A stretch of DNA of 29,752 nt, taken from assembly GCA_033442325.1 (NCBI GenBank), contig JAWQFM010000004.1, positions 1,071,208-1,100,959 of the forward strand. Direction: 5' to 3'. The stretch comes from Salpingoeca rosetta. Taxonomy: Eukaryota > Protista > Choanoflagellata. The position numbers were made by a program, and so were the translations under genes. The stretch's first letter is position 1; each line of letters starts with the position of its first letter. Positions 10,864 to 22,787 of this stretch are shown one piece after another. The notes beneath the pieces are model-generated. The model was not told where the DNA came from and made no database searches. It saw only the letters and a list, made by a program, of their open reading frames with translations.

Positions 10864-12377
10864 ACGATGATGCTGTTGATGTGCAGGGGGAAGTGGACGG
10901 GGACGAATCAGAGGATGCGGAAGAAGAAGTAGTCGCGCCAGTTGTCGGGGAAGGGGAGAGACGATGACCGTGGAAATGACCCTACTGCGAACGTGGCAGA
11001 TGCTGGAGCGAGGGGCATGCGACTCACGACTGGGGATGAGGATGGTGGTGATGGTGATGGTGATGGTGACGGTGATGGTCCGCCACGTGAAGATGGCGAT
11101 CAATCACAACGACCTTCACCACCCCAAAAACAATGTTCCCGGTGATGGTGCTGTTGCTGAGAATAACGGCTACGGGGCGTACGGAATCAGAGGTAGCCCC
11201 CACCCCAACAACAGCCCCAACATTAACAACAACAACCACAACATTCTTGGCAATGCCAGCTGGGACATGCGCGAGGCCCAGTTGCTTGTTGATGTGACCA
11301 ACGAAGACGAGCCGAGCCGCTTGCGTGCGCGCCCTCTGGGAGCCGCTTCGCCCCCGAAACCTGCGCGTGCAGCGTGCGCACAACGCACCGCCGTTCAAGC
11401 GGTACTTGGAGAGCGTGCACCACGAGTACTGAAGGCCCGCGCCACCAAACCTGTCCAACGTCATTGCGCCGCTCTCTGGCGACGACTACAACGTGTTTGT
11501 GCATCGCCTGCTGCACGTCATCTGCAAGAGCGAGCTTGGCCTGACCATCAACGACGCCAGCGCGGAGGGCTACTTTGGCTCGGGCCTGTACTTCAGCCGC
11601 GACCTGTCGTTTGCTGTCAAGTATGGCCACCACGAGGGCAGCGCAGCAGACAAGAACGACACCACCAGCGAGCGGCGCGTGTATGTCGATGTGTCGACGC
11701 CCCAGTCGAATGTAGTTGCTGATCATGGTGCTGATGATGATGTCGTTGCAACTGCTGTTGCTGCTGCTCGCCATGGTGGTGACGAAGGAGAAGGAAGTGG
11801 CCGAGTTGCTGCTGGTGAAGGGACCTCGGGTGGTGCTGAGGGTGCTGGTGGACGCACGACTGCTTCTGCTGTTGATGGGAGCGTGTTGTACGATTCCGTT
11901 TGCGGTTTCGACGGCGATACGGAGATGTTTGTCATCTACGACAACGGCATGTGCTACCCAGAGTACATCATCTCCTTTGACGATGATGCTGTTGATGTGC
12001 AGGGGGAAGTGGACGGGGACGAATCAGAGGATGCGGAAGAAGAAGTAGTCGCGCCAGTTGTCGGGGAAGGGGAGAGACGATGACCGTGGAAATGACCCTA
12101 CTGCGAACGTGGCAGATGCTGGAGCGAGGGGCATGCGACTCACGACTGGGGATGAGGATGGTGGTGATGGTGATGGTGATGGTGACGGTGATGGTCCGCC
12201 ACGTGAAGATGGCGATCAATCACAACGACCTTCACCACCCCAAAAACAATGTTCCCGGTGATGGTGCTGTTGCTGAGAATAACGGCTACGGGGCGTACGG
12301 AATCAGAGGTAGCCCCCACCCCAACAACAGCCCCAACATTAACAACAACAACCACAACATTCTTGGCAATGCCAGCT
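10106..12377. repeat. Tandem duplication B (10106-11260 and 11259-12377)
   Basis: 10782-11260 reads as identical to 11898-12376 (offset 1116). The 5' parts are diverged. Short gct microhomology at the junction. Confidence 0.95.
11261..11979 (+). other. PARP/ART catalytic domain remnant, copy 2
   Basis: HRLLHVICKSELGL..GYFGSGLYFSRDLSFAVKYG...LYDSVCGFDGDTEMFVIYDNGMCYPEYIISF (ORF 11493-12083). The LLLLAR strand is deleted relative to copy 1. Confidence 0.85.
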
Positions 12378-13270
12378 AACTTATCTGTCTCAGCCTTGGC
12401 TAGAGTCAGGTCGCTGCTGGTGCCTTCTTGAAGGACTTAGCCAGGCTAGTGACAGTTGGGTTGGTTTGGTACGCCAGTTTGGTTGTCTTGTGTTATCGAG
12501 GGTTGCGGAGTGGTTTGTTTCGTAGCAGGTGTTGTTTGAAGTGGGTGGTGTTGGCCAGTTGGCCTGTTTTGTGCTTGTTCTTCTTCCCTCCCCCTTCTCT
12601 CCTGTGTCTTTGGTGGTTGTTGTGCAAGACTGCACAACGCCGTTTGTCATTCACATATTCCTTGGAGCAAACCAAGCTCACGTTTGGTGTGTGTGTGTGT
12701 GTGTATTTGATCCTTGAACCATCTGAACTTTTCTTCTTTGTCGTGTCTTGTGCGAGTGGACACTTGCTCGCACTCCGCACACTCGCTCTTGATTGAGTGC
12801 GCGTTGCTAACAAGCTTAACCGTGGTAATTGTTGTGAACGGAAATGAAATACACGTGTGTATGAACGGGGCAATGAAAGTCGAGTGCGTGGGTGGAAGAG
12901 AGGATGTGTGTGTGCGGTTGCACACGCGTTGAACCCCATGCTGATGTCACGTGGATGGAAATGCATTGGCTTGCGGGCTGACGACTCTCGAAGAAGTGTG
13001 ATTGCCTTGTTATACTGGAAGTGTTGCCTCTACGCCAGCATGAACACTACGCGTTCCACAGTCTTGGAACAGCTTCTCGCGCCATCGCAATGCATGCACT
13101 CGGTTGAGGGTTGAGGGTGGGTCATTTCAATTCGAAATAAAAGCACAATGAGCAGCATCAGGTGCACAGGACGCAGTAACAGCGGTGACGAAAACGAAAA
13201 AGGTGCAGAAAGGGCACACAAGTGTTCGCACGCACACACACACACACACACAGACACACGCGCGCAACAA

Positions 13271-14548
13271 TCAGCACCCCGGGTCAATGACAAGTATGTT
13301 CTCAGCATCAAATGGAATGCCGTAGATGAGGCCGTTTGGAGCAAGCACCCCGTCCCACCACTTGAAGGATCCAACAAGGCCAGTAACGGCGGTCGTGTCG
13401 GTGGTGTTTGTGGTTGGATCGAAGATGAGCACGGAAGGCGAGTCAAATGGGAATCCAACGACGTTGCCGTTGGGTGCGAGCACGCCGCCAACCCACTTTG
13501 AAGTGCCACTTGCACCTGCCACAAAATGCTCGTCGGTGGCGTTAGTGGATGGATTGATGACGAGCGTGGTTGCAGCTTCGCCTGGGATGGTGTAGATGAG
13601 GCCATTGTGTGCAAGCACGCCATCATACCACTTGAAATTTGTGCCAAGGCCACTGATGGTGGTGACGTCCATCGCCAACGTCTCTGGATTGATGATGAGG
13701 ACGGAGGAAGCCCTCACGGGAATGCAGTAGATGAGCCCGTTGTCGGGATGCACGCCACCGTACCACTTATACCCCTGACTCGACAGCCCGGACAGCGTGG
13801 TGATGTCGGCTGTGTTGGTCTCTGGGTCGATGATCAGCACAGACGTGGCAAAGTAAGGGATGCCGAAGATGAGGCCATTGTAGGCGACCACGCCACTGCG
13901 CCACTTATTGCTCGTGGATCCAAGTGAGTGGATACTTGTGGTGTCAACCGTGTTGGTGTCTGGGTCAATGATGAGCATCGTCTCCCGGTTTGAAGGGAAC
14001 ATGTAGATGAGGCCGTTGTGTGCCAACACAGCGCCAGCCCATTTTCCACCACCCACAGGGAATCCCGAGATTGTGGACGTGTCGACGGTGTTCGTGTTAG
14101 GATTGATGATGAGCACGGAGGAAGGATATAACGGCGCAGCGTAGATCAGCCCATTGTTCGCCACCACTCCCCCAAGCCACCTGTTTCCTGCTGACTCCAG
14201 CTGCCCAAATGTGCTGGCGCTCGGCTCCACCAGACGACACAAGCGATGATGCTGCAGAGCGTTGGTGTTCTGCTGTGCATTGATCGTGCTCTGCTGCGCC
14301 GACACAGTGCTCATCAGCGTGCTGAGTGCCTCGTGCACATTCATCCCGTTCACAAACACGGGTTGGCTCATTGGATCGCTTGTGTTGATGTGAAACGCGC
14401 CCGCATCATCCTCCGCCATCGTCACCTCTCCAACAACGCTGCTGATGAGCGGCATAAAGCACACTGCAACCGCCACCAGCAGCACGGGGAGCAGCAGCAT
14501 CAGTCCACGTGCCTGCAGGCATCCCGTCGTTCTCATCGGTGCCATCAT
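13271..14548 (-). CDS. Secreted 7-bladed beta-propeller repeat protein with signal peptide and shorter coiled-coil (copy 2, 425 aa)
   Basis: Intact intronless ORF. Same MMAPMRT start, signal peptide, [24 protein letters not shown] motif, seven KWxGGVLAxNG repeats and terminal DPGC as copy 1. Confidence 0.9.
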   Translation of the reverse strand: MMAPMRTTGCLQARGLMLLLPVLLVAVAVCFMPLISSVVGEVTMAEDDAGAFHINTSDPMSQPVFVNGMNVHEALSTLMSTVSAQQSTINAQQNTNALQHHRLCRLVEPSASTFGQLESAGNRWLGGVVANNGLIYAAPLYPSSVLIINPNTNTVDTSTISGFPVGGGKWAGAVLAHNGLIYMFPSNRETMLIIDPDTNTVDTTSIHSLGSTSNKWRSGVVAYNGLIFGIPYFATSVLIIDPETNTADITTLSGLSSQGYKWYGGVHPDNGLIYCIPVRASSVLIINPETLAMDVTTISGLGTNFKWYDGVLAHNGLIYTIPGEAATTLVINPSTNATDEHFVAGASGTSKWVGGVLAPNGNVVGFPFDSPSVLIFDPTTNTTDTTAVTGLVGSFKWWDGVLAPNGLIYGIPFDAENILVIDPGC

Positions 14549-14836
14549 ACCCCAAGTGGGTGAAGAAGAAGAGAGAAGAGTGGAAGGAGGAGAGAAGAGA
14601 AGTAGGAGTTAAGTGTGCCTCCTTCCTCCTTCCTCGTTCGTGGTGTCTGTTCGCAGGACAGGCGCAGCACCAAGACAAGAGAAGACAGGATTGGTTGTTG
14701 TTGTTTGTTTGTGGCGTTTTGGCTGGTTGTGGTTGTGGACGATTGTTGGGAATCGTGCATTGGATTTCCAGCGACACACAAGCAAGTTCACTGTTGTGTG
14801 TGTTGTGTTGTTGTGGAAAGGAAGCACGTTGAAACA

Positions 14837-14893
14837 CATCCATCCATCTATCCATCCATCCATCCATCCATCCATCCATCCATCCATCCATCC
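14837..14893. repeat. (CCAT)n tetranucleotide microsatellite
   Basis: Tandem catc units. The homologous tract at ~2397-2424 is much shorter. Confidence 0.95.
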
Positions 14894-16116
14894 TTCCCTC
14901 AGCCTTCCTTCCTTCATCAGCTCATCACTGGACCAACAAGGACAGAGCACACACGGCACACGATGTCGGTGTCTTGCTGTGTTGTACTCCCACCACGGCT
15001 TCATCACGCAGTGCAAAAGAAGGGCGTGAATTGAACACATGTCAAGGAGACAGGCATCGTGACTGAAGAATGCACTGCTCACACAAAGGTGCGTGCGTGT
15101 GAGTGTGCGTGTGTGTGAGGTCATTGCATTGCATCACATCACATTGCATTGCATTGCATTGCTCAGGCTTATCTGCGAAACACGCGCAAACACGTACACA
15201 CATACATCACACATTGTTCCAATGACACGTGCTCACGCGCCGTCTTCCTCTCCTCCATCACCCCCCAGCTTGTGCTGGTGCACCTGACCTCCTCTCGCGT
15301 CTGACGTCGCATCTGACATCGTGTCGCTCTCGTCCTCCCACCACCCACCTTCTCCACGCTGCCTCGTGCCTCTGTGAACGCAGTGTCCATGCAGCCAAGG
15401 ACGCACACAGGTGCACCTGATGTACGTGTGTGATGCAGCGGTCCCTCTCTGTCCCAGACACTCCCCAGCCACTGCTGCCGATACCATCAGGAGTGTGCCT
15501 TTCCTCCCTCCGTCTGGTTGGCACCAGCATGCATGCGCACAGCCCCTCCTCTCCACCAACACGGCGTGCTCCTCGCCAGGACAGGTGCAAGCATGCGTGA
15601 TGTTGAGTGTGCATGGACGAGCAGAAGAACAACGTGAGCCTGCTGCTGCTGCATGTGGCCACTCGACCTCCACCACCACCACCACAACAACAACAACCAT
15701 GGCGTCTCCTCAGGCAAAGTCCACCGTGGCATGTGGCTCTTGTACCCATGGCAATGCGGCCATCGTCAGCGACAGCAGCAGTGTGTGGGGCCAGCGGTGA
15801 TCAAGACCACACTCATGATCAATGACAAGACGGTTGCTGTCGAACATCTTGCAGAGGTGTCACCCGATGAGCTGGCAGACGTTGCACGCGACGGGCGGGT
15901 ATTCCGTTGAAATCGTCTCACCACCACAGCAGCGTGAAGAGCAGCAGGCTGTTGATGGGGTGTCCACGTCCTCCCTTCAGCTTCGAGCACACCTGACAAG
16001 AAAGAACCGGCGCCTTCCGACAACCACCAAGATGCTGTTGCCGACACTCTTCGGAAAGCCATCACCCCACCCCAGCACAGCATCACCTCCTCACGACTCT
16101 GGCGTGCGTGCATGCA

Positions 16117-16120
<4 letters not shown>

Positions 16121-16202
<82 letters not shown>
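16121..16202. repeat. (TG)n microsatellite, intronic
   Basis: Pure TG run. Confidence 0.97.
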
Positions 16203-16206
<4 letters not shown>

Positions 16207-17278
16207 TCAGTGCTCGCTTCGGTACTTCCTCACTTCCACACATAATTCTCGCTGGTACACACTGCATCTACCGCTGCGCTGCACTGCGCTGCACTACAGG
16301 CATGTCGTGCGTCTCGTGCGTGCCCAACATTGAGAGCGCATGCCTCGGTGTGCACAGCATTGTGTCGTGTGGGCCTGCTCACTGGCACCGCGCCGGTGAA
16401 GCCCTGCAGCCATCATCGCCAGCATTGGCGAGGTCGGCGAACACGAAGGCCCGCGAGGAAACGCACACATCAACAAGACACCACGTACGTCAGCATGAGG
16501 TGTGGTATGTAGTGCAGCACTGCATCTCTGCTTGTCTGTTTTGCTTGCATGCACGCATGGCTGCTTGTATGCACGCATGCCTGCTTTCCACTTCAACCTC
16601 TCACCCTCCTCCTGCTGCTGCTGCTGTTGTTATTGGACATGCATGACAGGCGATGCTGAGGGCCCTGCCTGCCCGGTGTTCAAACGGTGCAGATTGATGA
16701 TGCGTCGGGCCGTATGGAAGTCAAACACGAGACCTATGCAACGGGACCACGCGACATGATCACATGTGCGTGCGTGTGTGTGTGTGTGTGTGTATGTGTG
16801 TGTTTGCACTTGTACGTGTCGCTTCGTCTCATTGCTTCTCCACTTTCTCCTCCAACCACATCCCTCCAACTGACTCTGTGTCTGTCCTTGCTACCACGCC
16901 TTCTTGCCGCGCACCACCACTTGCTCACAACAATGCCCTGTGTTATGCACCTCACACAACACCCATTTGTTCCTGCAGCGCGCTGAAGGATGCTGGGGCA
17001 CGCGGCGGAGCTGGAACACGAAACACCACCACCCACAGGAGCGAGATCCGCTTCCGCCCCATCATCTTCATCGTGTGCACCACCGTGTTTCTTCGTCGCG
17101 TCCACCATCATTGCTGCCGCGTGGCCAGACTCCTGGGATGCACGCATCGTCGATGACATGTCGCAACGCATAATCTCATCCTCATGCTGGTGGGTCTGAT
17201 CTCCTTCATTTTCCCGGGCGGCCGTTTGATCCTCTCCGCGGTGCAGTCCACCATGCACGGCGCTGTCAACATGAATGT

Positions 17279-17280
<2 letters not shown>

Positions 17281-17324
<44 letters not shown>

Positions 17325-17350
17325 TGTGTGTGTATGTGTGCGTGTGTGAG
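17281..17350. repeat. (TG)n microsatellite, intronic
   Basis: TG run after the NMN exon end. Confidence 0.95.
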
Positions 17351-19383
17351 TGTGCTTGTATGTGTGTGGTTTGTTGCGAACACTTCCGCACGTTCTCTTC
17401 ACGTCCACCACTGCAGTGAACAAGACAGCGTTACACGTGCCTTCTTTGCTAGCGTGTCGCGTGCACACGTGTCGCTGATCCACGCGCACTTGCGCTTGCG
17501 TTGTTTGAAACCCACCACAGGGCTGCTTACCTGTACTCCCTGGTGGTGTTCATTGTTGCCGCCGCCTCCCACGAGTACTCTGACTTGCGGTGGTGGCGAC
17601 CTCTTCTTTGAGACCGGCATTCTCCTCTTCACCTTTGTGTCGCCCGGGCGGTACATCGAACACCTCGCCAAAGGCAGCACCTCCAGCCTGCCGAAGGACG
17701 ATAGTCAAGGCAACCGCGTGGAGGAGCGATTGACACCGAGCTCGTGCAGCGCGGCGACGACCTGAAGGTGCGTGATCACGGGGTGGGTGTTGGAGCTGGT
17801 GGTGGTGCGTAACATGGTGGTGGTGGGTGATGGCGGGTGGTTGGTTGTAGCTGCTGCAGCAGCAATGTGGCAGTTGTTGCAACCCTCAGCTGAGATTGTG
17901 GCAGCAGCCAGATAATGCACTGTCATTGCATCTCGCTCACCTTTCCTCACGTTCTTGGTTGCAGATGGTGGCTGGTGACAAAGTGCCTGTGAATTGGATG
18001 CACGCGTGCTGGAGGGTGCAGGTGAAATGGACGAGGCCATGATCACGGGGCAAATCAAATCCCGTCTCGTCTCCAAAGGCGTTGATGACATTGTCATTTG
18101 GGCGGCACCATGGTGCATGGTCTTCGAGGCCACGCACGTTGGCAGTGAGGATGCTCAACTGTCAAAGGCGCCCATCCAGCAAGGTGTGTGTGTGTACTGG
18201 ATACGACACGCTACACCACCGGTTCACACGTGCCTGTCAATGTTTCTGCAGACATTCCCACTCACACATACACGCACACCCTCTCCTTTTCCTTCATCTC
18301 TCCTTTTTCTTTCCCAGACAAGCTGGCGGGGCGCTTTGTGTCAGGCATCGTATTGCTGCTGGTGTGTGGGTTGCGCTGCTGACGTCGGGTGCCGCTGACA
18401 CATTGGAGCTCACATCCGACGAAGGTGGCAATCAAATTGTGTCTGTGTGTGTGTGTGTGTGTGTCTGTGTGTGTCTGTGTGTGTCTGTGTCTGTGTGTGG
18501 TGCTCCGTACTGTTGCTCGCGAGTCGTGGTAAGAGAACACACCTCCCTGCCCACACTCACTCACTCACACACACGCTCTCTCACACACTCTCAACTCTGC
18601 CTCCTCACAGGCCGTGCTTAACAAGACGGGCACGCTGACGGTTGGATCTCCACAAGTCATGTGTGTGCGTGCTCGTTGGTGATGACACGTGGACGGAGGA
18701 CGGCACCCCGTCGAAGCTGGTGGCGGCTGAAGAGGCAAACAGCGAACATGCCCCTGGGCCAGGCGATTGTGGCGCACGGCGGCGCTGTATCCTGCGACGG
18801 ACCTCAAGACGGTCTCTGGTCGGAGCATCTCAGCAACCGTGGACAGCAAACCCATTGCCATTGGCATGCCCATTGTGCTATGGGCATGCACATTGTGGTA
18901 TTGGCAATCCCACGCCATCAGCGGCAAATAGCGGCAGACGATGCACGAAGATGAGGAGACGCGTGGCTACATGGTCGTTGTGTGCTCGGCAGACGGCAAG
19001 CTTCTGCCTGGGCTACGTTTGGTCTCGCTGACACGTGCAAGCCCTCGAGGCGAAGAAGGCGGTGCGCCTGCTGCGCCAGCATGCCTGACCATGGCCATGC
19101 TCACGGGCGACAAGGAGGGCACTGCGCGATCCATTGGAGACAGAGGTTGGCATCGACACCGTGCTCGCAGCAGCGTGCAGGAGATGGAGGCGAAAGGGCG
19201 AGGTGGTGGTGATGGTTGGCGACGGCATCAACATTGAGTCCGCGGACGTCGTTCTGATGATTAAGGACAACCTGCTTGCTGAATGTGTTTGCTGGCCATG
19301 CACCTGTTGCATGCGACCGTGCTCCGCATCCACTACAACGTTCATCTGGGCCGTGTGGTCTACAACGCCGCTGGCGTATGCAG

Positions 19384-21676
19384 GTGGCGGACACTGCGAT
19401 GCGTGCGCTGCCGTTGCCTCCTGGAGCGACTCCGCTGACGTTTGTGGCTTCGCGGCTTTGCGGCTGCAGCCATCCACTGGTCGTGGCAAGTGGCCACCTC
19501 TTCAGCAACGCCAACGACGGACGTGCACGCGATCCGCGAAATCACCAGCGTCCACGTTTCGGAGATCCAATCCATGGCAACAGCCGCCACTTCGGCACCT
19601 TCTGTTGTGGTCCTGTGGCATCATTTTGATGAGGGCGATGGCTTGATCGGCACCATCAGCGTGCCTGCGAGCGGAGAGCAGCACCTGCTTGTGTCGGAAG
19701 GCCGGCAGTTTTGGCGGCGTACAGCCTGACCTCCTCCTCCTCCTCGTCGCTGCGCGTGTCCCTGATCCACAGCCCTCTTGCAGCAGGAAGCTCGTGCTCG
19801 CTGCCGGGTACGATGGCGCACAGTGTTTGGGACTTGGACAAGCCCTTGTCGTGCGGCCGCGCTGCCGCCCTCCGTTTGGTGGTCAGCACGATCGATCAGA
19901 GGCAACGGCAGCGTGCACCAGCCCCGCGATGGTGAGCGTGTTTTGACCACGTACATCCTGGAGCAGTGGAGCATGACATTTGTTGCCGTTGTGTTGTGGA
20001 GCATGCGAGGCTGGCAGCCCATCACACAGCACAACGCCGGCCAGTGCAAGCTTCGAGTCAGCCACTTGGACACGCGACGCCAAGCACGTTCTCCTGTATG
20101 GCCGAGCTTCGCGGTGCCAGCTGCGTATTGTGTGCTCACAAGCTTCAACAAGGTCAACACAACGGCCGTCGTAATCCGCCCTGTTGGCCATCTAGTTTGA
20201 CCCAAGACACGATGCCTGGAGCCGTTGCCCTTGTCACCCACCATGCCGAGGCCTCGCCTGAGCTCCCCATCGCACGTGTCCAATTGACTTTGACAGCTTT
20301 GCTGAGCTGGAGCGAGCCGTGCGCATGTTCCATGTCACCGTGAGCACTGCCGTCGAAGATGCCAAGACAGACACGCCGCTGTCTCTGTTGTCGTTTGCGG
20401 CCAACAAGGCCAGCCACGCGCCCGCACTCCGTGCCATCTTCAGCACCTCCACCAGCGTGTCCTGGCTCGACTACAGCATGGTGCACTGCGTCGTGGACAA
20501 GGTGTGTGAAGCCATCAGGGCCTTCAACCAAGGAGGGCAACAAGCCCTGGCAGCGAAGCCCTGGTCACAGCGCGCGTCCCTGACGCACACCCTCGTCGCA
20601 GACATCATTCTGCTTGTGTGCACGTTTCCAAGCGAGCTTGAGCTTGCGACGTCCACTGCCGACAAGCAGTACAACCACCAGCAGCGGGCATGATTGTCTC
20701 ACCAGGGCAGACAGGACATTCATCAGCGAGATGCGCAGCAGTACGTTTTGGCACAACCGGCTGAAGTTGTCTGGTGAGCTGGCCAAGCTTGAGGACCCTG
20801 GGGCGCGCGTGGTGCCACTTGGCGCGTGCAGCTGGTTTTGTGAATGATGACGGTTTTCAGCCTGCGGGCGATGTAGAACTGTTTGGCAGCTTCATTGTTT
20901 GCGAGAGCGCCAGTTTTATGTGGGAGGCGGCGAGGTGGTACATGCTCACCGTCGTCCTCATCACAGCCCTTCACCTTCGTCAGTGGCAAGGACGTGGCCC
21001 AGCTGCTGCTGGGAGTTGGTGAAGACAAGTCGGTGGTGATCATGCTGGTGCTGGGTGTGCTGGCTGGTTGTGGACATGGTGCAGGAGGTGCGGCAGTCAC
21101 AGCTGTTTGGAAGTGACGGATGCGGCATTGGTATTTGTAGTGCGTGGCACGCACTCTTTCCCAGCACGCACTCTTCCCAGCACGCACACACGTTCCTTTC
21201 ACTGCGGTGCTGCCTGCAAGCATTCCAGCCAACGCATGATCCTGGCCCATCTGCTTCGACATGCGCCACTTCCTGCTCTGCTCGTTCTCGGCATCAACAT
21301 CGTGGCCGGGTGGACGTCGTTCCGGCTGTTGCTGCTGCTCAACGACAACACACTGTCGGCCAACGGCCTTGCTGCTCGTGTTCAACAACGTGCTGCTGTG
21401 GATACCTTTGACGGCGACTACAGTGGTGCTGTTGGCTGCTGCGCGTCCTGCATGTCAATGGTGCTGAACCTGCTGATTGCGCTCACGTCGGACTGTGCAG
21501 ACATTGAGTTGCAGCTGCTGCGTGGCTGACGCATGAGGAGGCGGAGGATGGATGTATGTGCGACGCTTTTTTCAAGTGGTGGCTGCAACGTGCAGTGGCA
21601 GGGTGTGCTGCACGCGCTGAAGAAGGAGATGCAGCACAGCGCGTGCAGAACGACGTTGCCGACCATCATAGAATGA
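19384..21676 (+). pseudogene. Unidentified degenerate coding remnant with one WD40-like motif followed by predicted helical segments
   Basis: About 2.3 kb free of microsatellites, with coding-like short overlapping plus-strand ORFs. LVLAAGYDG/frameshift/SVWDLD near 19790-19840 resembles a WD40 repeat. Confidence 0.4.
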
Positions 21677-22031
21677 AATGTGACATGCCTTGAAGTTGAT
21701 GGTGTTGTGTTGGCTTTTCTTGTCGTTGGTGTTGGTTTATTGCTTGCACTTTGCGTCGTTCCAAACCCCGCAATACATGCGTGCTGAAGACACGTTCACT
21801 CATGCGTACGCAGAAAGAGCAAGCAAGTGCGCATGCATACACACACACGCACACACACACACACACAATCAAGCAAGGTGGTGGTCCTTGAGCTCCCCAA
21901 ACGACGGCCGTTCACGCGGGTTCTGCGCCATGCACTTGTACGTCAGCGACTGGAACCACTCGGGGATGGCTAAGGTGTGTATGTGTATGTGTGCGTTGTG
22001 AGGAAGAACGACGTGCAAGTAAGCAATCCAA

Positions 22032-22038
22032 ACACACA

Positions 22039-22124
<86 letters not shown>
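22032..22124. repeat. (CA)n microsatellite in kinase intron
   Basis: CA run inside intron 21970-22130. Confidence 0.97.
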
Positions 22125-22125
<1 letters not shown>

Positions 22126-22643
22126 CTCACCATCTTGTTCGCTGTCTTCAAACTTGAGCCGCTTACCATCTGCCATCAAGTTGCTGATGGTGGCGAGGAT
22201 CGGACCACGGTACCCGCTCCCCTTCTCCTGCTCAATCAAATCCGGCACACGCTGCGTCGCCACCTCCCACATCAGCACGCCAAAGCTGAAGATGTCGGCC
22301 TCAAAGCTGTACTTGCTCCCCGTCAGCGCCTCTGGTGCCATGTACAGCGGCGTGCCCACGCCCGCCGTCAGCGTCATGCTGGTCATCGTCTGCATTCCAG
22401 CCTGCTGGCTGTATTGCGGATCATCGTCAGCTTGACTGGACGACAGGCGAGTATGGCTGCTGCCGTGGGCTCTGCCGCTACCGCCACGCGTAAAGCACTG
22501 GCGAATGGACCCAAAATCCGTAATCTTGGCGCGAAGCGACGATGATACCAGCACGTTACCGCTCTTCAGGTCCCTGTGGATGCGATGAGGGTCGTATGAT
22601 TGAGTGAGCGAGTGAGCAAGAAACACGTGGCTGGATGCAAACG

Positions 22644-22711
22644 CACACACACACACACACATACAGACACAGACACAGACACAGACACACACACACACAC
22701 ACACAGACACA

Positions 22712-22787
<76 letters not shown>

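Larger units (their letters stand above)
4000..12379 (+). pseudogene. Multi-domain macro-PARP-like gene (RRM-like, KH-like, macrodomain, WWE, PARP/ART catalytic), frameshifted and internally duplicated
   Basis: Two phase-compatible GT-AG introns (4245-4476, 4726-4969) join ...VARVS|CATRD... and ...RGTFR|FVSRESAELMVRLYDQREVLGTKLNV (RRM-like). In-frame TGA at 5073. KH-like helical/beta units at 6304-6970. Macro, WWE and ART motifs follow downstream, then an acidic tail ending at TAA 12377-12379. Many frameshifts. The start position is uncertain. Confidence 0.8.
13271..15213. repeat. Dispersed direct duplication, copy 2
   Basis: Colinear with 796-2682. The (CCAT)n tract is expanded and there is an extra segment near 14960-14998. 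Confidence 0.9.
15700..19382 (+). pseudogene. Cu+-transporting P1B-type ATPase (ATP7/CopA-like), degenerate multi-exon copy
   Basis: Motifs in the correct order: HMA CGSC (~15731), GMSCVSC (16300), TGPRDMI, HGAVNMNV, FFETGILLFTFVSPGRYIEHLAKG, ELVQRGDDLKV, DEAMITGQ, ATHVGSE..AQLSKAPIQQ, DKLAGRFV, NKTGTLT (18620), NSEH/PLGQAIV, MLTGD, MVGDGIN|IESADVVL, RIHYN..VYN. Numerous frameshifts and deletions. The 5' limit may extend to ~15270. Confidence 0.9.

Noticed and set aside
12940-13115. Coding-looking stretch between the PARP remnant and propeller copy 2
   Set aside because: No recognisable motif in any frame.
796-15213. Long direct repeats interpreted as LTRs of a retroelement
   Set aside because: The repeats are diverged protein-coding paralogs. 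I found no TG..CA ends, primer-binding site, polypurine tract or gag/pol sequence between them.
22500-22580. Calling the LRR receptor a tyrosine kinase
   Set aside because: The catalytic loop HRDLKSGN and the GTPLYMAPE motif are Ser/Thr/TKL-type.
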